64,000 bases of DNA, taken from positions 8,575 through 72,574 of the forward strand of contig JAGTRB010000003.1 in assembly GCA_018396865.1 (NCBI GenBank), in the 5' to 3' direction. The notes under the pieces are model-generated. The model was given only the letters and a program-made list of their open reading frames with translations. It was not told the DNA's origin and searched no databases. Positions 54,497-63,998 of this stretch are shown here, one piece after another (within the stretch, counting starts at the first letter, position 1; every line of letters begins with the position of its first letter). The position numbers and the translations under genes are program-made. This DNA comes from Candidatus Bathyarchaeota archaeon. Its GTDB lineage: Archaea > Thermoproteota > Bathyarchaeia > TCS64.

Positions 54497-54922
54497 ATGA
54501 AATCATCCGATGAATATGAGAGCCATGGTTATATCCTGAGAATAGCTACAGATGAATGGCTTGAACAGGTCTACAGGCTTAAAAGATACTACCCCGGGCT
54601 GAATAGAAGATGGGATGAGGGCACGGTCATCCTCCTAGCGAAGAAGAGCGATGCTGGAGACTCCTTCATAGGATACGGCGTCGTGGATAGGGTGATGAAG
54701 CCCGAGGAGCTACCTCCAGATGAAAGGGCATACTGCGAGGGCCATGGATGGAGGTGCGCCATAATCTTCAAGGAACTACACAGGTTCGACCCTCCATACC
54801 CCATCAGGGAATCCATCCTCAAAGATGATCCAAGAAAAGGAAGATACCTCCACGGGGTCCGCCTCACGGCGGACGAGGTGAACTCCATCATAGAATCGGC
54901 GAAGAATTACACCAGAACATAG
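54497..54922 (+). CDS. Hypothetical protein (possible PUA-like/ASCH-EVE-type fold)
   Basis: 141 aa. 'GTVILLAKKSDAGDSFIGYGVVDRV' ... 'AIIFKELHRFDPPYPIRE'. The fold guess is from a weak pattern only. Confidence 0.45.
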   Translation: MKSSDEYESHGYILRIATDEWLEQVYRLKRYYPGLNRRWDEGTVILLAKKSDAGDSFIGYGVVDRVMKPEELPPDERAYCEGHGWRCAIIFKELHRFDPPYPIRESILKDDPRKGRYLHGVRLTADEVNSIIESAKNYTRT

Positions 54923-54943
54923 AAAAGAATTTTAATCAAGCAG

Positions 54944-55168
54944 GTGAATTCTTTAAAGATGGGGCTGACGGATGAGCAGAAGGCCATATTGAGGGCTTTA
55001 AGCCTCATGAAAGAGCCCGCTGGATGTAAGGAGATTGGAGAGAAGGCTGGGATACCTTGGAGAACAGTGATGGCTAGATTGAGGGGGTTGAAGGCCGAGG
55101 GATACGTTGAGACGCCTCTGGAAGGGAAGTACTCAATAACAGATAAGGGCAGGAAGGCGATCTCATAA
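54944..55168 (+). CDS. Small winged-helix DNA-binding protein
   Basis: 'LTDEQKAILRALSLMKEPAGCKEIGEKAGIPWRTVMARLRGLKAEGYVE'. GTG 54944 or ATG 54959 start. Confidence 0.7.
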   Translation: MNSLKMGLTDEQKAILRALSLMKEPAGCKEIGEKAGIPWRTVMARLRGLKAEGYVETPLEGKYSITDKGRKAIS

Positions 55169-55207
55169 CCCAAGTTTTTCTATTTTAGAATTAAATTTAT
55201 CAGATGA

Positions 55208-56680
55208 ATGTCTGAGATGGGCCTCTTAGCCGCTCTCCTAAGCAGGTCTGGTGAGGATATCTCGGAAAGGCTTCTGAGAATGATTAGGGTATCCTCAACC
55301 AGCATAGGAGACTGCTATGGATTTGCAACCCATGACGGTTCCATCATCCTCCCAAATCTGCCTGACGGATTGGAGATATCTTCTGACGCGATGCTGGGCT
55401 ACAAGCTGTTTAAGACGATGCCTCTAGATGGTCCCCAGCCCATCAATCAGCACGGATACTCCATGATACTGGAGGGTAGGCTATGGGACGGCTTAACCCC
55501 ATCAGATCTCGAGGAGGCAGCGGAAGAGCTTTCCCATGAACCACTAGAAGGGCTCAAGAAACTTATTGAATTTAGGGAAGGATCATTCGTCACGGCCATC
55601 CTGATGGAGGACAGGATCCTAATAGGAAGGGATCCCATCGGCCTAGTCCCAGTCTATTATGGAGATTCGGGGAGCCTCATAGCAGCTGCCTCGAACAGGA
55701 AGATGCTGTGGAGGATAGGTATGGAGGGGCAACCCCTCCCACCAGGCCATATAGCTGAGATGTCGAGGGAAGGGGTTCACCTTATGGAGGTGAAGACGCT
55801 GAGGAAGCCCAAGACTGGAGGAATGAGCCTCGAGGATTCCGCAATGGAGCTTGATAGGCTTATGATGGATGCGGTCGAGAGGCGTTCAAGAGGCCTAACC
55901 AGGGCCTTCCTCGGGTTCTCAGGTGGGATAGACAGCTCCTTACTGGCTTATTATCTGGACCTCTCAGGGGTTAGGGTCCACCTAATATGCGTGGGGCTTG
56001 AGGCCTCAGACGATGTTAGATTCGCAATGGAAGTAGCGGAGGAGCTGGGGCTTCCCATAACCTTGATCTCAATCGACGAGGGGAGGGTTAAGGAGGATCT
56101 TGATGATGTCCTCCTCAGCGTGGAAAGCTACAACCCCTTACAGATAGCCGTGGGCCTACCATTGTACTGGGCCGTTAAGGCGGCGGTTGAGCTGGGGGGC
56201 AGGGTATTCTTCTCGGGCTGCGGAAGCGATGAACTCTTCGGAGGCTATGAAAAATATGTTAGAAGAGGGATCTCTAGAGATGCTTCGATGGAGATGATGT
56301 TCCGAGACGTGGTTAATGCGCATAAAGCTAACTATGAGAGGGATTACAAGATCTGCGCAGATTTGGAGGTTGAGCTAAGAGCCCCCTTCACAGACCTGAA
56401 GCTGACCGAGTTTGGCCTATCCCTACCCCCAGAGTTAAGGCTCCCTCAAGAGGGAACCACCTTAAGGAAGCCTCTCCTAAGGGCCCTAGCTAGGAGGCTT
56501 GACCTGCCAGGATCGGTCATCAATAGACAGAAGAGGGCTGTCCAGTACTCCACAGGCGTAGCCGTAGCTCTGAGAAAGATCTCTAGGAGGGAGGGGAGGA
56601 GCATATCGACATATCTCATGGAACGGTTTGAGCGTTTAAAGGAGATATTCTTCAATCAAGACCTAAAAATTAAGACTTGA
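55208..56680 (+). CDS. Asparagine synthase-like PP-loop ATPase (no N-terminal Cys nucleophile)
   Basis: PP-loop 'FLGFSGGIDSSLLAYY' and 'SGCGSDELFGGY'. The N-terminus is 'MSEMGLL' rather than the 'MCG' of glutamine-hydrolysing AsnB. Confidence 0.78.
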   Translation: MSEMGLLAALLSRSGEDISERLLRMIRVSSTSIGDCYGFATHDGSIILPNLPDGLEISSDAMLGYKLFKTMPLDGPQPINQHGYSMILEGRLWDGLTPSDLEEAAEELSHEPLEGLKKLIEFREGSFVTAILMEDRILIGRDPIGLVPVYYGDSGSLIAAASNRKMLWRIGMEGQPLPPGHIAEMSREGVHLMEVKTLRKPKTGGMSLEDSAMELDRLMMDAVERRSRGLTRAFLGFSGGIDSSLLAYYLDLSGVRVHLICVGLEASDDVRFAMEVAEELGLPITLISIDEGRVKEDLDDVLLSVESYNPLQIAVGLPLYWAVKAAVELGGRVFFSGCGSDELFGGYEKYVRRGISRDASMEMMFRDVVNAHKANYERDYKICADLEVELRAPFTDLKLTEFGLSLPPELRLPQEGTTLRKPLLRALARRLDLPGSVINRQKRAVQYSTGVAVALRKISRREGRSISTYLMERFERLKEIFFNQDLKIKT

Positions 56681-56697
56681 AAACCAACGATCTCGGC

Positions 56698-57813
56698 TTA
56701 GAGGTTTTGGGTCAATTCGACCCTCAATCTCTTGGCTACCTCGGAGGTCCTCCTCAAGCATTCTAAGGCGCAGCCGTATGTCGGGAAGGCTCTCAGACCG
56801 CACTCCGGCCCCACATAAGGTATGTTCTCCGCCCCGAAGCGCCTTGTCAAGGCTCTAAGCCTGCTTTGAATGAGGTTTGGGTCCTCCAGGAACATGTCTG
56901 GATCGAGTCTTCCAGACCTTATCTTAGACCACACCTCACCTATTCTTTGTGGGAGGTCCTCAACTCTTCCAAGCCTCTCCGTTATGAGGGTGTCGAAGTC
57001 GGTTTTGCATACGCTCGCTTTAAGCCTCTTGCCAGTCTCCCTAATCCTTCTTAGTGTCTCCTTAGAGGTGTACAGTATATCATCGACATGGGAATCCACA
57101 ATTCCCAGATGCTCGACATCCCAGAACAGCCCGTCCGAGGTCTTGTGAAGGTGGATGCCGGCCTCCACCCCCTTTGAGGATGCGGCTCTACAGATCTCCT
57201 CCCACCCCTCCAGAAGGGCCACCCTCCCCTCGGAGCCGTGGTCTATGAGGGGGTCATTTAGAAAGCCGAAGACCGGCTCATCTATGAAAAGTAAGGCCGT
57301 CTCCCCCCTCCTTGCCTTGAACATCGTGTTGGAGGCTATCTCAGAGATGGCCTTTCCAAGCTCTCTAAAAAGCTCATCATATCTGTCTTGGAAGAGGGAG
57401 GAGAGGGTATAAGGGCCTGTAACACATATCTTTAACTCGAACCTATCCAGCCCTACGGCCTCGGCGATCCTCGACGCGTTCCTCTTGAGGGCTTCTACCT
57501 CAGGGATGACGGCGAAGGGCTTGGCCGAAATCTTGGATATGACTCTATAACCGTCACCTCTCCTCTCTATTCCCCTGATAATTTCTAAGAACATCTCGTT
57601 CATATCTCGAAGCTGAGGGTAGTTGGGCACATCCAACCCAGCTTTCAGCTTATCCAAGAAGGAGTTGACGACCTCCCCCTCAAATATCTTGACGTCCTCC
57701 AGCTCCCCAACGCCCACATCTGAGAGCAGACTCGAGTATTTCCTGCTTCCTCCTCGTATGATCTCCTGGCTTATCCTAAGGGGAATGCTCCCCACGTCGT
57801 AGGTTTTAAACAT
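56698..57813 (-). CDS. MetE-like (cobalamin-independent methionine synthase C-domain-like) TIM-barrel protein
   Basis: 'YDVGSIPLR', 'LLFIDEPVFG', 'GIHLH', 'YVGPECGL'. Similarity is by pattern only, and the canonical His/Cys zinc ligand set is not obvious. Confidence 0.5.
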   Translation of the reverse strand: MFKTYDVGSIPLRISQEIIRGGSRKYSSLLSDVGVGELEDVKIFEGEVVNSFLDKLKAGLDVPNYPQLRDMNEMFLEIIRGIERRGDGYRVISKISAKPFAVIPEVEALKRNASRIAEAVGLDRFELKICVTGPYTLSSLFQDRYDELFRELGKAISEIASNTMFKARRGETALLFIDEPVFGFLNDPLIDHGSEGRVALLEGWEEICRAASSKGVEAGIHLHKTSDGLFWDVEHLGIVDSHVDDILYTSKETLRRIRETGKRLKASVCKTDFDTLITERLGRVEDLPQRIGEVWSKIRSGRLDPDMFLEDPNLIQSRLRALTRRFGAENIPYVGPECGLRAFPTYGCALECLRRTSEVAKRLRVELTQNL

Positions 57814-57834
57814 GATGAGTCCACTATGTCACTA

Positions 57835-59094
57835 CTATATGATCTTCAATTTTCCATAGGCCAGGTCAATGCAGAACTGAGGTAGACGCTCGAACTCCCT
57901 GTTTACCACCTCCTCGATCTCTCCTGATAGCTCCTCCAACCTAACCCCCTCATCAAGTATTACTTGGGCAGAGGCTATCAGGGGCTGGTCTATTGACTGG
58001 CCTATCTTGCTCAGGAGCCAGACGTAGGCCTCTCTAACTCCAACGACGTTTTTGGATATCTCTTCGGCGATCTTGTAGCTGAGGACATTGTAGATCTTGC
58101 CGACGTGGCTGACGGGGTTCTTCCCCGCCGCCGCCTCAGAGGAGGTGGGCCTGTTTAGGGGGATAACCCCATTCACGTTGTTCCCCCTCCCGACTTGGCC
58201 AGAGTCTCCGCTATCAGCGGATGTGCCCAGAACTGTTAAGTAGAGGCCCCCTATCCCCCTCCCCTTGGCGTCTAGGACGTTAAGTTCCACGTTGTAGGAT
58301 TCGAAATCATAGTTTGAATGGATGAACTCCCTGATAGATTCCTCCACCTCCCCCTTGCTTCTGAAGTATTCCTCCTCAGAGTCTATGAAGCGGTCTACGA
58401 AGGCTATTGAGACCAGCAGGTTGACGCTCCTCCTCCTCCTCAGGCCCATTATCTTTATGTCCTCACCCGTCTCCGGATACTCCTTCTTAAAGGATGGGGA
58501 GTTGAGGTATTGCTCCAGGTTCAGCACCAGTCTCTCTAGCTCGGTCATCGGAGCATAGCCCACCGCAGCTGAGGTATCGTTAGCCCCGAGGAATCTTCCG
58601 CCCCGGTGGAATATGTCTTGGAGGGAGATGGCTCCCGGCTTTATCTCGCTCTGATACCTGACGTGAAGCTCGGGGTCTATGAATCGCATATTTTTTTTGA
58701 GCCACCTCTTTGTGCTGTTAAATGCGATCTCGTTGACTGGGATGGTCTCCCCTCCAGCCTCGAAGGTGGCCCTGTCTCCGTAGACTATGAGTATAGGCTT
58801 TATCACCTCCCCTCCCCCGAATCTAACGAGGCTCTCCCCAGCCGCCAGTAGGCCCTTATCCAGATTATGGTGGAGGATGGTTCCAAACCTCCTAAGGTAC
58901 TCCTTGGAGAGCTCTATGGAGACCTCGTTCATGATCGCGTCGCAGATGGAGTCAGGATGTCCAAGCCCCTTTCGCTCGCAGATCTCCAATGGCTGCTCCT
59001 CTAGAGGCTGGCTCTTCAGCTCAAGGATGACCAGATCCTTCAAAACATTCGCCTTCTGGTTTCCATGACTAAAAGAATAAAATCTTATAAACAT
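57835..59094 (-). CDS. mat: Archaeal-type S-adenosylmethionine synthetase (start may be downstream of 59094)
   Basis: '[16 protein letters not shown]', 'VGYAP', '[20 protein letters not shown]'. The first ~20 aa look like a non-conserved extension. Confidence 0.92.
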   Translation of the reverse strand: MFIRFYSFSHGNQKANVLKDLVILELKSQPLEEQPLEICERKGLGHPDSICDAIMNEVSIELSKEYLRRFGTILHHNLDKGLLAAGESLVRFGGGEVIKPILIVYGDRATFEAGGETIPVNEIAFNSTKRWLKKNMRFIDPELHVRYQSEIKPGAISLQDIFHRGGRFLGANDTSAAVGYAPMTELERLVLNLEQYLNSPSFKKEYPETGEDIKIMGLRRRRSVNLLVSIAFVDRFIDSEEEYFRSKGEVEESIREFIHSNYDFESYNVELNVLDAKGRGIGGLYLTVLGTSADSGDSGQVGRGNNVNGVIPLNRPTSSEAAAGKNPVSHVGKIYNVLSYKIAEEISKNVVGVREAYVWLLSKIGQSIDQPLIASAQVILDEGVRLEELSGEIEEVVNREFERLPQFCIDLAYGKLKII

Positions 59095-59179
59095 TTCATT
59101 TCTTCAATGGCCTTTTTCATTCCTAAAGGAATATCAGGCATGGGTCCGGCCACCCATCTGTTTTACAATTAAAATAGCT

Positions 59180-59557
59180 ATGGAGAAAACTCCAGTGAAT
59201 TGGAGTATTGGAGAAAAGGCTAAATCTTTTATTACCTCAGTGGTATGGGGTCGGTCCATGAGAGATACTACCCTTGGGGTTCTTATCAGCGTAGGGAGCC
59301 TCGTATGTATGGTTGGATACTTCATATGGGCCTTCGGCCCATACATAGGGTTGTCCCATCTCATCTCCAAGGAGTTAAGCGAGTGGGCCTTCAAAATACC
59401 CGTAGTCCTCGCAGTCTACGCGCTTCTGGTTATAGTTCTATGGATTGGTTACACGATGGCGACAACTCCACCCCCGCTCCCTCTGGAGAGGCCCCTTGAG
59501 TTTGAGAGGGAGGAGGTGAGCGTGATGAGGGATGACGATAAAGGAGCGGGGAAATGA
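59180..59557 (+). CDS. Small two-TM membrane protein
   Basis: TM helices 'LGVLISVGSLVCMVGYFIWAF' and 'IPVVLAVYALLVIVLWIGY', acidic tail. The competing antisense ORF 59134..59394 has no such features. Confidence 0.45.
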   Translation: MEKTPVNWSIGEKAKSFITSVVWGRSMRDTTLGVLISVGSLVCMVGYFIWAFGPYIGLSHLISKELSEWAFKIPVVLAVYALLVIVLWIGYTMATTPPPLPLERPLEFEREEVSVMRDDDKGAGK

Positions 59558-60382
59558 TCAGCAGTGGATCCTTGCGTCCACCCTAATCTTCCAAATCCTT
59601 GGACTATACTGGGAGACTCTAACCTCCTCAAGGAATTCGGCCCTCCTCCCAAACCTCTCAGAGGCGTTGGAGAGGAGCTCCTCAGCCTGGGAGAAGAGAT
59701 CCGGTTCTCTCGCCCAATGGTAGAAGTGGATTGTCCCCCCGCAGTTTAGGAGGGGTATCGCGAGATCTAGGAATTGGTGGGCCCCCTTAGGTAGTGGCAT
59801 CACTATCCTGTCGAAGGTGGTTCCGAGCTTTGGACAGATATCCCTAACGTCACCAAGTAGGGCTATGACCTTGTCCTGTACTCTGTTTAGATATATGTTC
59901 TCGAGGCAATATTTATGGGCATCTGGGTTTGACTCTATGGCTATGACCTTTACCTTCTCGTGGCGCTTTGCTATTACAATGGGGTAGGGGCCTACCCCGC
60001 TGAACATCACGAGGATCTCCTCACCATCCCGAACCTTCTCGGCCACCCTCCCTCTCTCCGTCCCCTCTCGAGGGGAGAAATAGACCTTCTGGGGGTCGAG
60101 TTTGAAGAGGCATCCAGCCTCCCTATGGATGACCTCCGTATTCTGGTCACCAGCTAGCACCCTGTACCTCCGAATCCTAGATTCTCCAAGCCTCTCAGAC
60201 TCCTTAACAAGGACGCTTTTAACATTCTTATGCCTCTCCATGATCCTCTTGGCCACCTCACCCTCAAAGTCTCTGAGGGCCCTGGGGATCTCGACAATCG
60301 CAACGGCTTTCTCCCTAGAGCCTATTATGTCGAAGGAGCGGGGTATGGGCCTCATCATTTCCAATGGGAGGATGCCCCTCAA
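59558..60382 (-). CDS. trm5: tRNA (guanine37-N1)-methyltransferase Trm5 family
   Basis: 'FDIIGSREKAVAIVEIP', SAM motif 'ILVMFSGVGPYPIVIAK', 'IESNPDA', 'DRIVMPLP'. Confidence 0.85.
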   Translation of the reverse strand: MRGILPLEMMRPIPRSFDIIGSREKAVAIVEIPRALRDFEGEVAKRIMERHKNVKSVLVKESERLGESRIRRYRVLAGDQNTEVIHREAGCLFKLDPQKVYFSPREGTERGRVAEKVRDGEEILVMFSGVGPYPIVIAKRHEKVKVIAIESNPDAHKYCLENIYLNRVQDKVIALLGDVRDICPKLGTTFDRIVMPLPKGAHQFLDLAIPLLNCGGTIHFYHWAREPDLFSQAEELLSNASERFGRRAEFLEEVRVSQYSPRIWKIRVDARIHC

Positions 60383-60435
60383 CCAACTTCCTGTAAAGGT
60401 GTTAAAAAAATTATATTGTGGTAAAAATCTAGTCT

Positions 60436-60726
60436 CTAGAATATCGTCTTTTCACCAATTTTTCTAGTTATTTTTCCTCTCACTCTTATCTCCTCGACTA
60501 TAAACTCCTCAGGCTCCACATCTTCTCTGGTCTTCCTTTTAACAGTCAGCCCACATATTCCGTTATCCAAAAGTCTTCTCTTATAGCAGACCGCATAATT
60601 ACAGCTCTTAATGTCACAAGGCTCGTTGGTCCAGTCGCACCAGGCCTGACCCTGTCTATACCTTAGGGCATTTTTAACACATTTAAAATCTCTACATCGA
60701 GGAGAACACATCTTCGTATCAGACAA
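60436..60726 (-). CDS. Cysteine-rich small protein (8 Cys in first 58 aa)
   Basis: Cys at residues 7, 11, 16, 30, 37, 42, 47 and 58. Basic/acidic C-terminal tail 'EEFIVEEIRVRGKITRKIGEK'. Confidence 0.55.
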   Translation of the reverse strand: MSDTKMCSPRCRDFKCVKNALRYRQGQAWCDWTNEPCDIKSCNYAVCYKRRLLDNGICGLTVKRKTREDVEPEEFIVEEIRVRGKITRKIGEKTIF

Positions 60727-61051
60727 TGTGTAAACCCCTTGGCTCCTAACCGAATAACTTTCAATATTTCCCCAACAAGGATAAATTTAAATCTTTATCG
60801 AGGTGTGGGCCATGGCATTATATGGGTGCACAATTGAAACCAACGGCTTGAGGAACATCCGGTCAACCCCGAGTAGGGTTTTTATAGTTTAATGAAAGGC
60901 CACTAGTTGAAATCTCAGGGTTTTATGAGAACAAGTTTCATATAATTAGCTCAATACTGGAAGATCCCTATTTTAGCTATTTATTTTGAGGGGCTAATAC
61001 ACCGATTTGATGCTATTTCCATTAGAGTTCCGGTTTAGTTTAAAGGGAGTG

Positions 61052-61807
61052 TTAAATATCGAATATCGCCTCAATTAGGTCGCTGTTCAGTTTCTCATAT
61101 TTCTCCGTGGAGCCTACATCGTACCAGAAGTCCTCCGTGACGTAAGCCTCCACCCTCCTTCCCTTTTTGATGAGGTGGGGTATGAGGTCGCCCATAATAT
61201 CCAGTTCATCTCTACCGGCGGCTAGCTCCCTAAGGTCTCCAATTACATGGGTGTTTAAGGCTACTATGCCTATCCCTGCGTATATGTCCAGTCTAGGCTT
61301 CTCCACCCACCTCTTTATGCTCCTCCCCTCCAGCTCTGCCACCCCAACTGGCACCTCGAACCCCCTTGCAAGGGCCAAGGTGGATGAGGAGCGGGATTCA
61401 AGGTGTTGGCGGAGCATCCTCGAGAGGTCTATGTTGGATAGGATGTCCCCGTAATATACCAGCAAGGTCTCAGCCCCATCGAAGGCCCCCTTCTCAGCGG
61501 CTTTTAGGAGGGCTCCTCCAGAGCCTCTCAGTGAGGGGTCATCCAGAAAATAACCTACTCTCATTCCAAATCTGCTGCCGTCATCGAAGTAGTTCTTGAT
61601 CTGCTCATGTTTATAGCCTACCAGGAGCCTAATATCGGTTATGCCATGGCGTTTAAGGTGATGGAGAATATACTCTAATAGGGGCTTCTGTCGGGTCCCT
61701 ATAGGTATCATGCACTTCTGGAAGTAGTAGGTGAGGGGGCGGAGCCTCTTTCCCTCCCCTCCAGCGAGGACTACACCTATGATCTCTTTGAATCCCCCAC
61801 AGGCCAT
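61052..61807 (-). CDS. Sugar-phosphate nucleotidyltransferase
   Basis: 'GVVLAGGEGKRLRPLT' pyrophosphorylase loop and 'YYGDIL'. Confidence 0.85.
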   Translation of the reverse strand: MACGGFKEIIGVVLAGGEGKRLRPLTYYFQKCMIPIGTRQKPLLEYILHHLKRHGITDIRLLVGYKHEQIKNYFDDGSRFGMRVGYFLDDPSLRGSGGALLKAAEKGAFDGAETLLVYYGDILSNIDLSRMLRQHLESRSSSTLALARGFEVPVGVAELEGRSIKRWVEKPRLDIYAGIGIVALNTHVIGDLRELAAGRDELDIMGDLIPHLIKKGRRVEAYVTEDFWYDVGSTEKYEKLNSDLIEAIFDI

Positions 61808-61916
61808 CTATTGTTTCTAATGATCTGCTCCCCGTTTTGAATATTTCCCTACCTAGAGGATCCATAACCATCCATGATACTATTTAAAATTGGGGAGTAA
61901 TCTCATTTGATCTGAG

Positions 61917-62363
61917 ATGAGGGTCTCTGAGGTCATGATCAGGAATCCCATCACGGTAGGTCCAATGACCCCCGTGGTGGAGGTGGCAAGATTGATGAGG
62001 GATAGGAAGATCTCCTCGGTCATCCTAACTAAGAATGAGAGGCCTGTCGGGATCATAACCGAGAGGGACTTGGTCTGGCGGGTCCTCGCGTCGGGGAGGG
62101 ATCCCGGCTCACTGACTGCCTTCGATGTCAGCAGCAGGCCTGTAATAGCAGTCCCAGAGCTGGCGGATGTAGAGGATGCCTTGGAGCTGATGAGGAGGCA
62201 CGAGATAAGGAGGGTTGTGGTTGTCGACAATCAGGATAGGGTTGTGGGGATTCTCACAACGGACGATCTTGGATACAACCTCAAGAGGATGTCGGAGGAG
62301 CTTGCTATCAAATATATAATCACGATGAGAAGATCTAAAGATGAAAAAGAGTCGAAAAGATAA
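61917..62363 (+). CDS. CBS-domain pair protein
   Basis: Two CBS repeats: 'VSEVMIRNPITV...ISSVILT...VGIITERDL' and 'VSSRPVIAV...IRRVVVVDNQDRVVGILTTDDL'. Confidence 0.85.
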   Translation: MRVSEVMIRNPITVGPMTPVVEVARLMRDRKISSVILTKNERPVGIITERDLVWRVLASGRDPGSLTAFDVSSRPVIAVPELADVEDALELMRRHEIRRVVVVDNQDRVVGILTTDDLGYNLKRMSEELAIKYIITMRRSKDEKESKR

Positions 62364-62392
62364 AAAGAAAATAAAATGTGCGATGGAGCTGT

Positions 62393-62584
62393 TCATCTAT
62401 ATCTCCGGCGCAGGGCTGGGGTTCTGGACCATCTCCTCCTTTCGAGATCCATCCTGCTTGATCTTCCACCCCCTCCTCCGATGATGTAGAGGAGGAAAAG
62501 GACGAAGAGGAGTATTAGAGGTAGGAGAGCCACCAGGGAGAAGGGATTGAAGATGGAGAGGCTGAAGATGGATTCTAGGTTCAT
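62393..62584 (-). CDS. Possible small single-TM protein (64 aa from ATG 62584)
   Basis: 'FSLVALLPLILLFVLFLLYII' TM followed by GGGGG and an Arg-rich tail. Starts 14 nt after the glycosyltransferase stop. Weak. Confidence 0.3.
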   Translation of the reverse strand: MNLESIFSLSIFNPFSLVALLPLILLFVLFLLYIIGGGGGRSSRMDLERRRWSRTPALRRRYR

Positions 62585-62597
62585 CTCATTTCTCCTC

Positions 62598-63584
62598 CTA
62601 CCAACCATTTCTCTTAGGAGAAAAGAATGATTTCCAGAAAATAATGGCTGTAGGCATTCTGAAGGCATAATAATATGGTAAAGATGAAATTATTTTTCTT
62701 ATTGGTATATTAATCTTTGAACCTTGATATATACAAACAAATGTTATAATTGAAAGATCAATAAATAAGAGGATCAATGATGAGATGATCATTCCTGAAA
62801 GTAGGAAGTATAATAAAAGACCCATCCATATAACATAGCCTACGCTCTCAGCTAACATCCAGGATATCATAATCTTCAGGCCGTTGGTCATCCTTTTTGA
62901 GTGCTTCTCCAGGACTGGTCTCCAAGATAACCATCGGCTTATCTGTCTGATATACCTCCTGAAGTTCTCGGGCTCTTCTGTGTACGCCAATGCCTCTGGG
63001 ACATAGGCGATCTTCCCTCCATCTATCTGGGCCTCCCATGTGAGGTCCATGTCCTCCACAACAGTCTCCTTTGGGATCCCGTTTTTCTTGATCCACTCTG
63101 TTCTCCACACGCTACAACATCCGGGACATACAAAGACTGCTCCCATATGTGTCTGAATCTTTTTATAGGTTGATTGGCTTTGAAGATATTCTATCAACCT
63201 AGACTTAGATATTTCTCCCCTGTCCTCTGCTGGGAGTACGGTTCCGGAGGCGCCTACAACTCCCTTAATGAAGGAACCAAGTATATTCTTAAAGTAATCT
63301 CTATCTAGATATGTATCTGAGTCCACTATGGCTACATATGGGGAATGTACATGTTCTAAGCCTCTCTCCACTGAGGCGGCCTTACCGAGATTCTTCTCAT
63401 TTCTTATGACCTTTAGATTAGATATCCTTTCTGAGAGCCTCCCAAGTATGAAGGATGTTTTATCCGTGCTGTAGTCGTCCACAACTATAATCTCGAAGGG
63501 CCTTAGGCTCTGGCTCTTAACAGACTTTATGCACTTTTCTATGGTTCTCTCCCCATTGTGTACCGGAATTATCACAGAGACCAT
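62598..63584 (-). CDS. Family 2 glycosyltransferase with C-terminal TM helices
   Basis: 'VSVIIPVHNGERTIEKCIKSV', 'IIVVDDYSTD', 'VAIVDSDT' (DxD), C-terminal hydrophobic helices. ATG 63584 preferred over track start 63671. Confidence 0.85.
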   Translation of the reverse strand: MVSVIIPVHNGERTIEKCIKSVKSQSLRPFEIIVVDDYSTDKTSFILGRLSERISNLKVIRNEKNLGKAASVERGLEHVHSPYVAIVDSDTYLDRDYFKNILGSFIKGVVGASGTVLPAEDRGEISKSRLIEYLQSQSTYKKIQTHMGAVFVCPGCCSVWRTEWIKKNGIPKETVVEDMDLTWEAQIDGGKIAYVPEALAYTEEPENFRRYIRQISRWLSWRPVLEKHSKRMTNGLKIMISWMLAESVGYVIWMGLLLYFLLSGMIISSLILLFIDLSIITFVCIYQGSKINIPIRKIISSLPYYYAFRMPTAIIFWKSFFSPKRNGW

Positions 63585-63686
63585 CGTACCTGGGACTGTA
63601 GTGGTGACGGTGCTCCCCCTCAAGAGGAGACCCACAAGGGATAGGGGAGGAAAGAGAGGCCCCAGGTACATGTTTCCCCCTCTATG

Positions 63687-63998
63687 TCAATATCTGAATC
63701 GACGGTTGGACTGAGGATATGGATAGACCGCTATCTCATCTGGGAGTTCAGCTGGCTTTGGAGCCTCCATCGAGGAGACGAGCTCCTCATATTGTTGTAG
63801 GAAGAGAAGCCCCCTTTGGGATGTGACATATGTTCCATCCTCCAGTGCCTCTAGAAATCCGCGAAGCACAAGGCTTCTGATATATCCCTCAACTATCTTG
63901 AAGTTGAGGTTCGCCTGGTAGACAATCCTGGTCTTCCTAGCTCCCTGCCTCGCGGCCCTGAGTATATCGGCGAATATATCGAGGTTGTTTCTCCTCAC
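63687..63998 (-). CDS. Winged-helix transcription regulator (COG3432-like); start at or just beyond window end
   Basis: 'RRNNLDIFADILRAARQGARKTRIVYQANLNFKIVEGYIRSLVLRGFLE', typical of small archaeal wHTH regulators. GTG at 63998. Confidence 0.7.
   Translation of the reverse strand: MRRNNLDIFADILRAARQGARKTRIVYQANLNFKIVEGYIRSLVLRGFLEALEDGTYVTSQRGLLFLQQYEELVSSMEAPKPAELPDEIAVYPYPQSNRRFRY

Noticed and set aside
59555-59560. Convergent genes whose stop codons form the palindrome TGATCA with zero spacer (small membrane ORF and trm5)
   Set aside because: It is real in the sequence but a trivial consequence of tight packing. It also depends on the weakly supported ORF 59180..59557.
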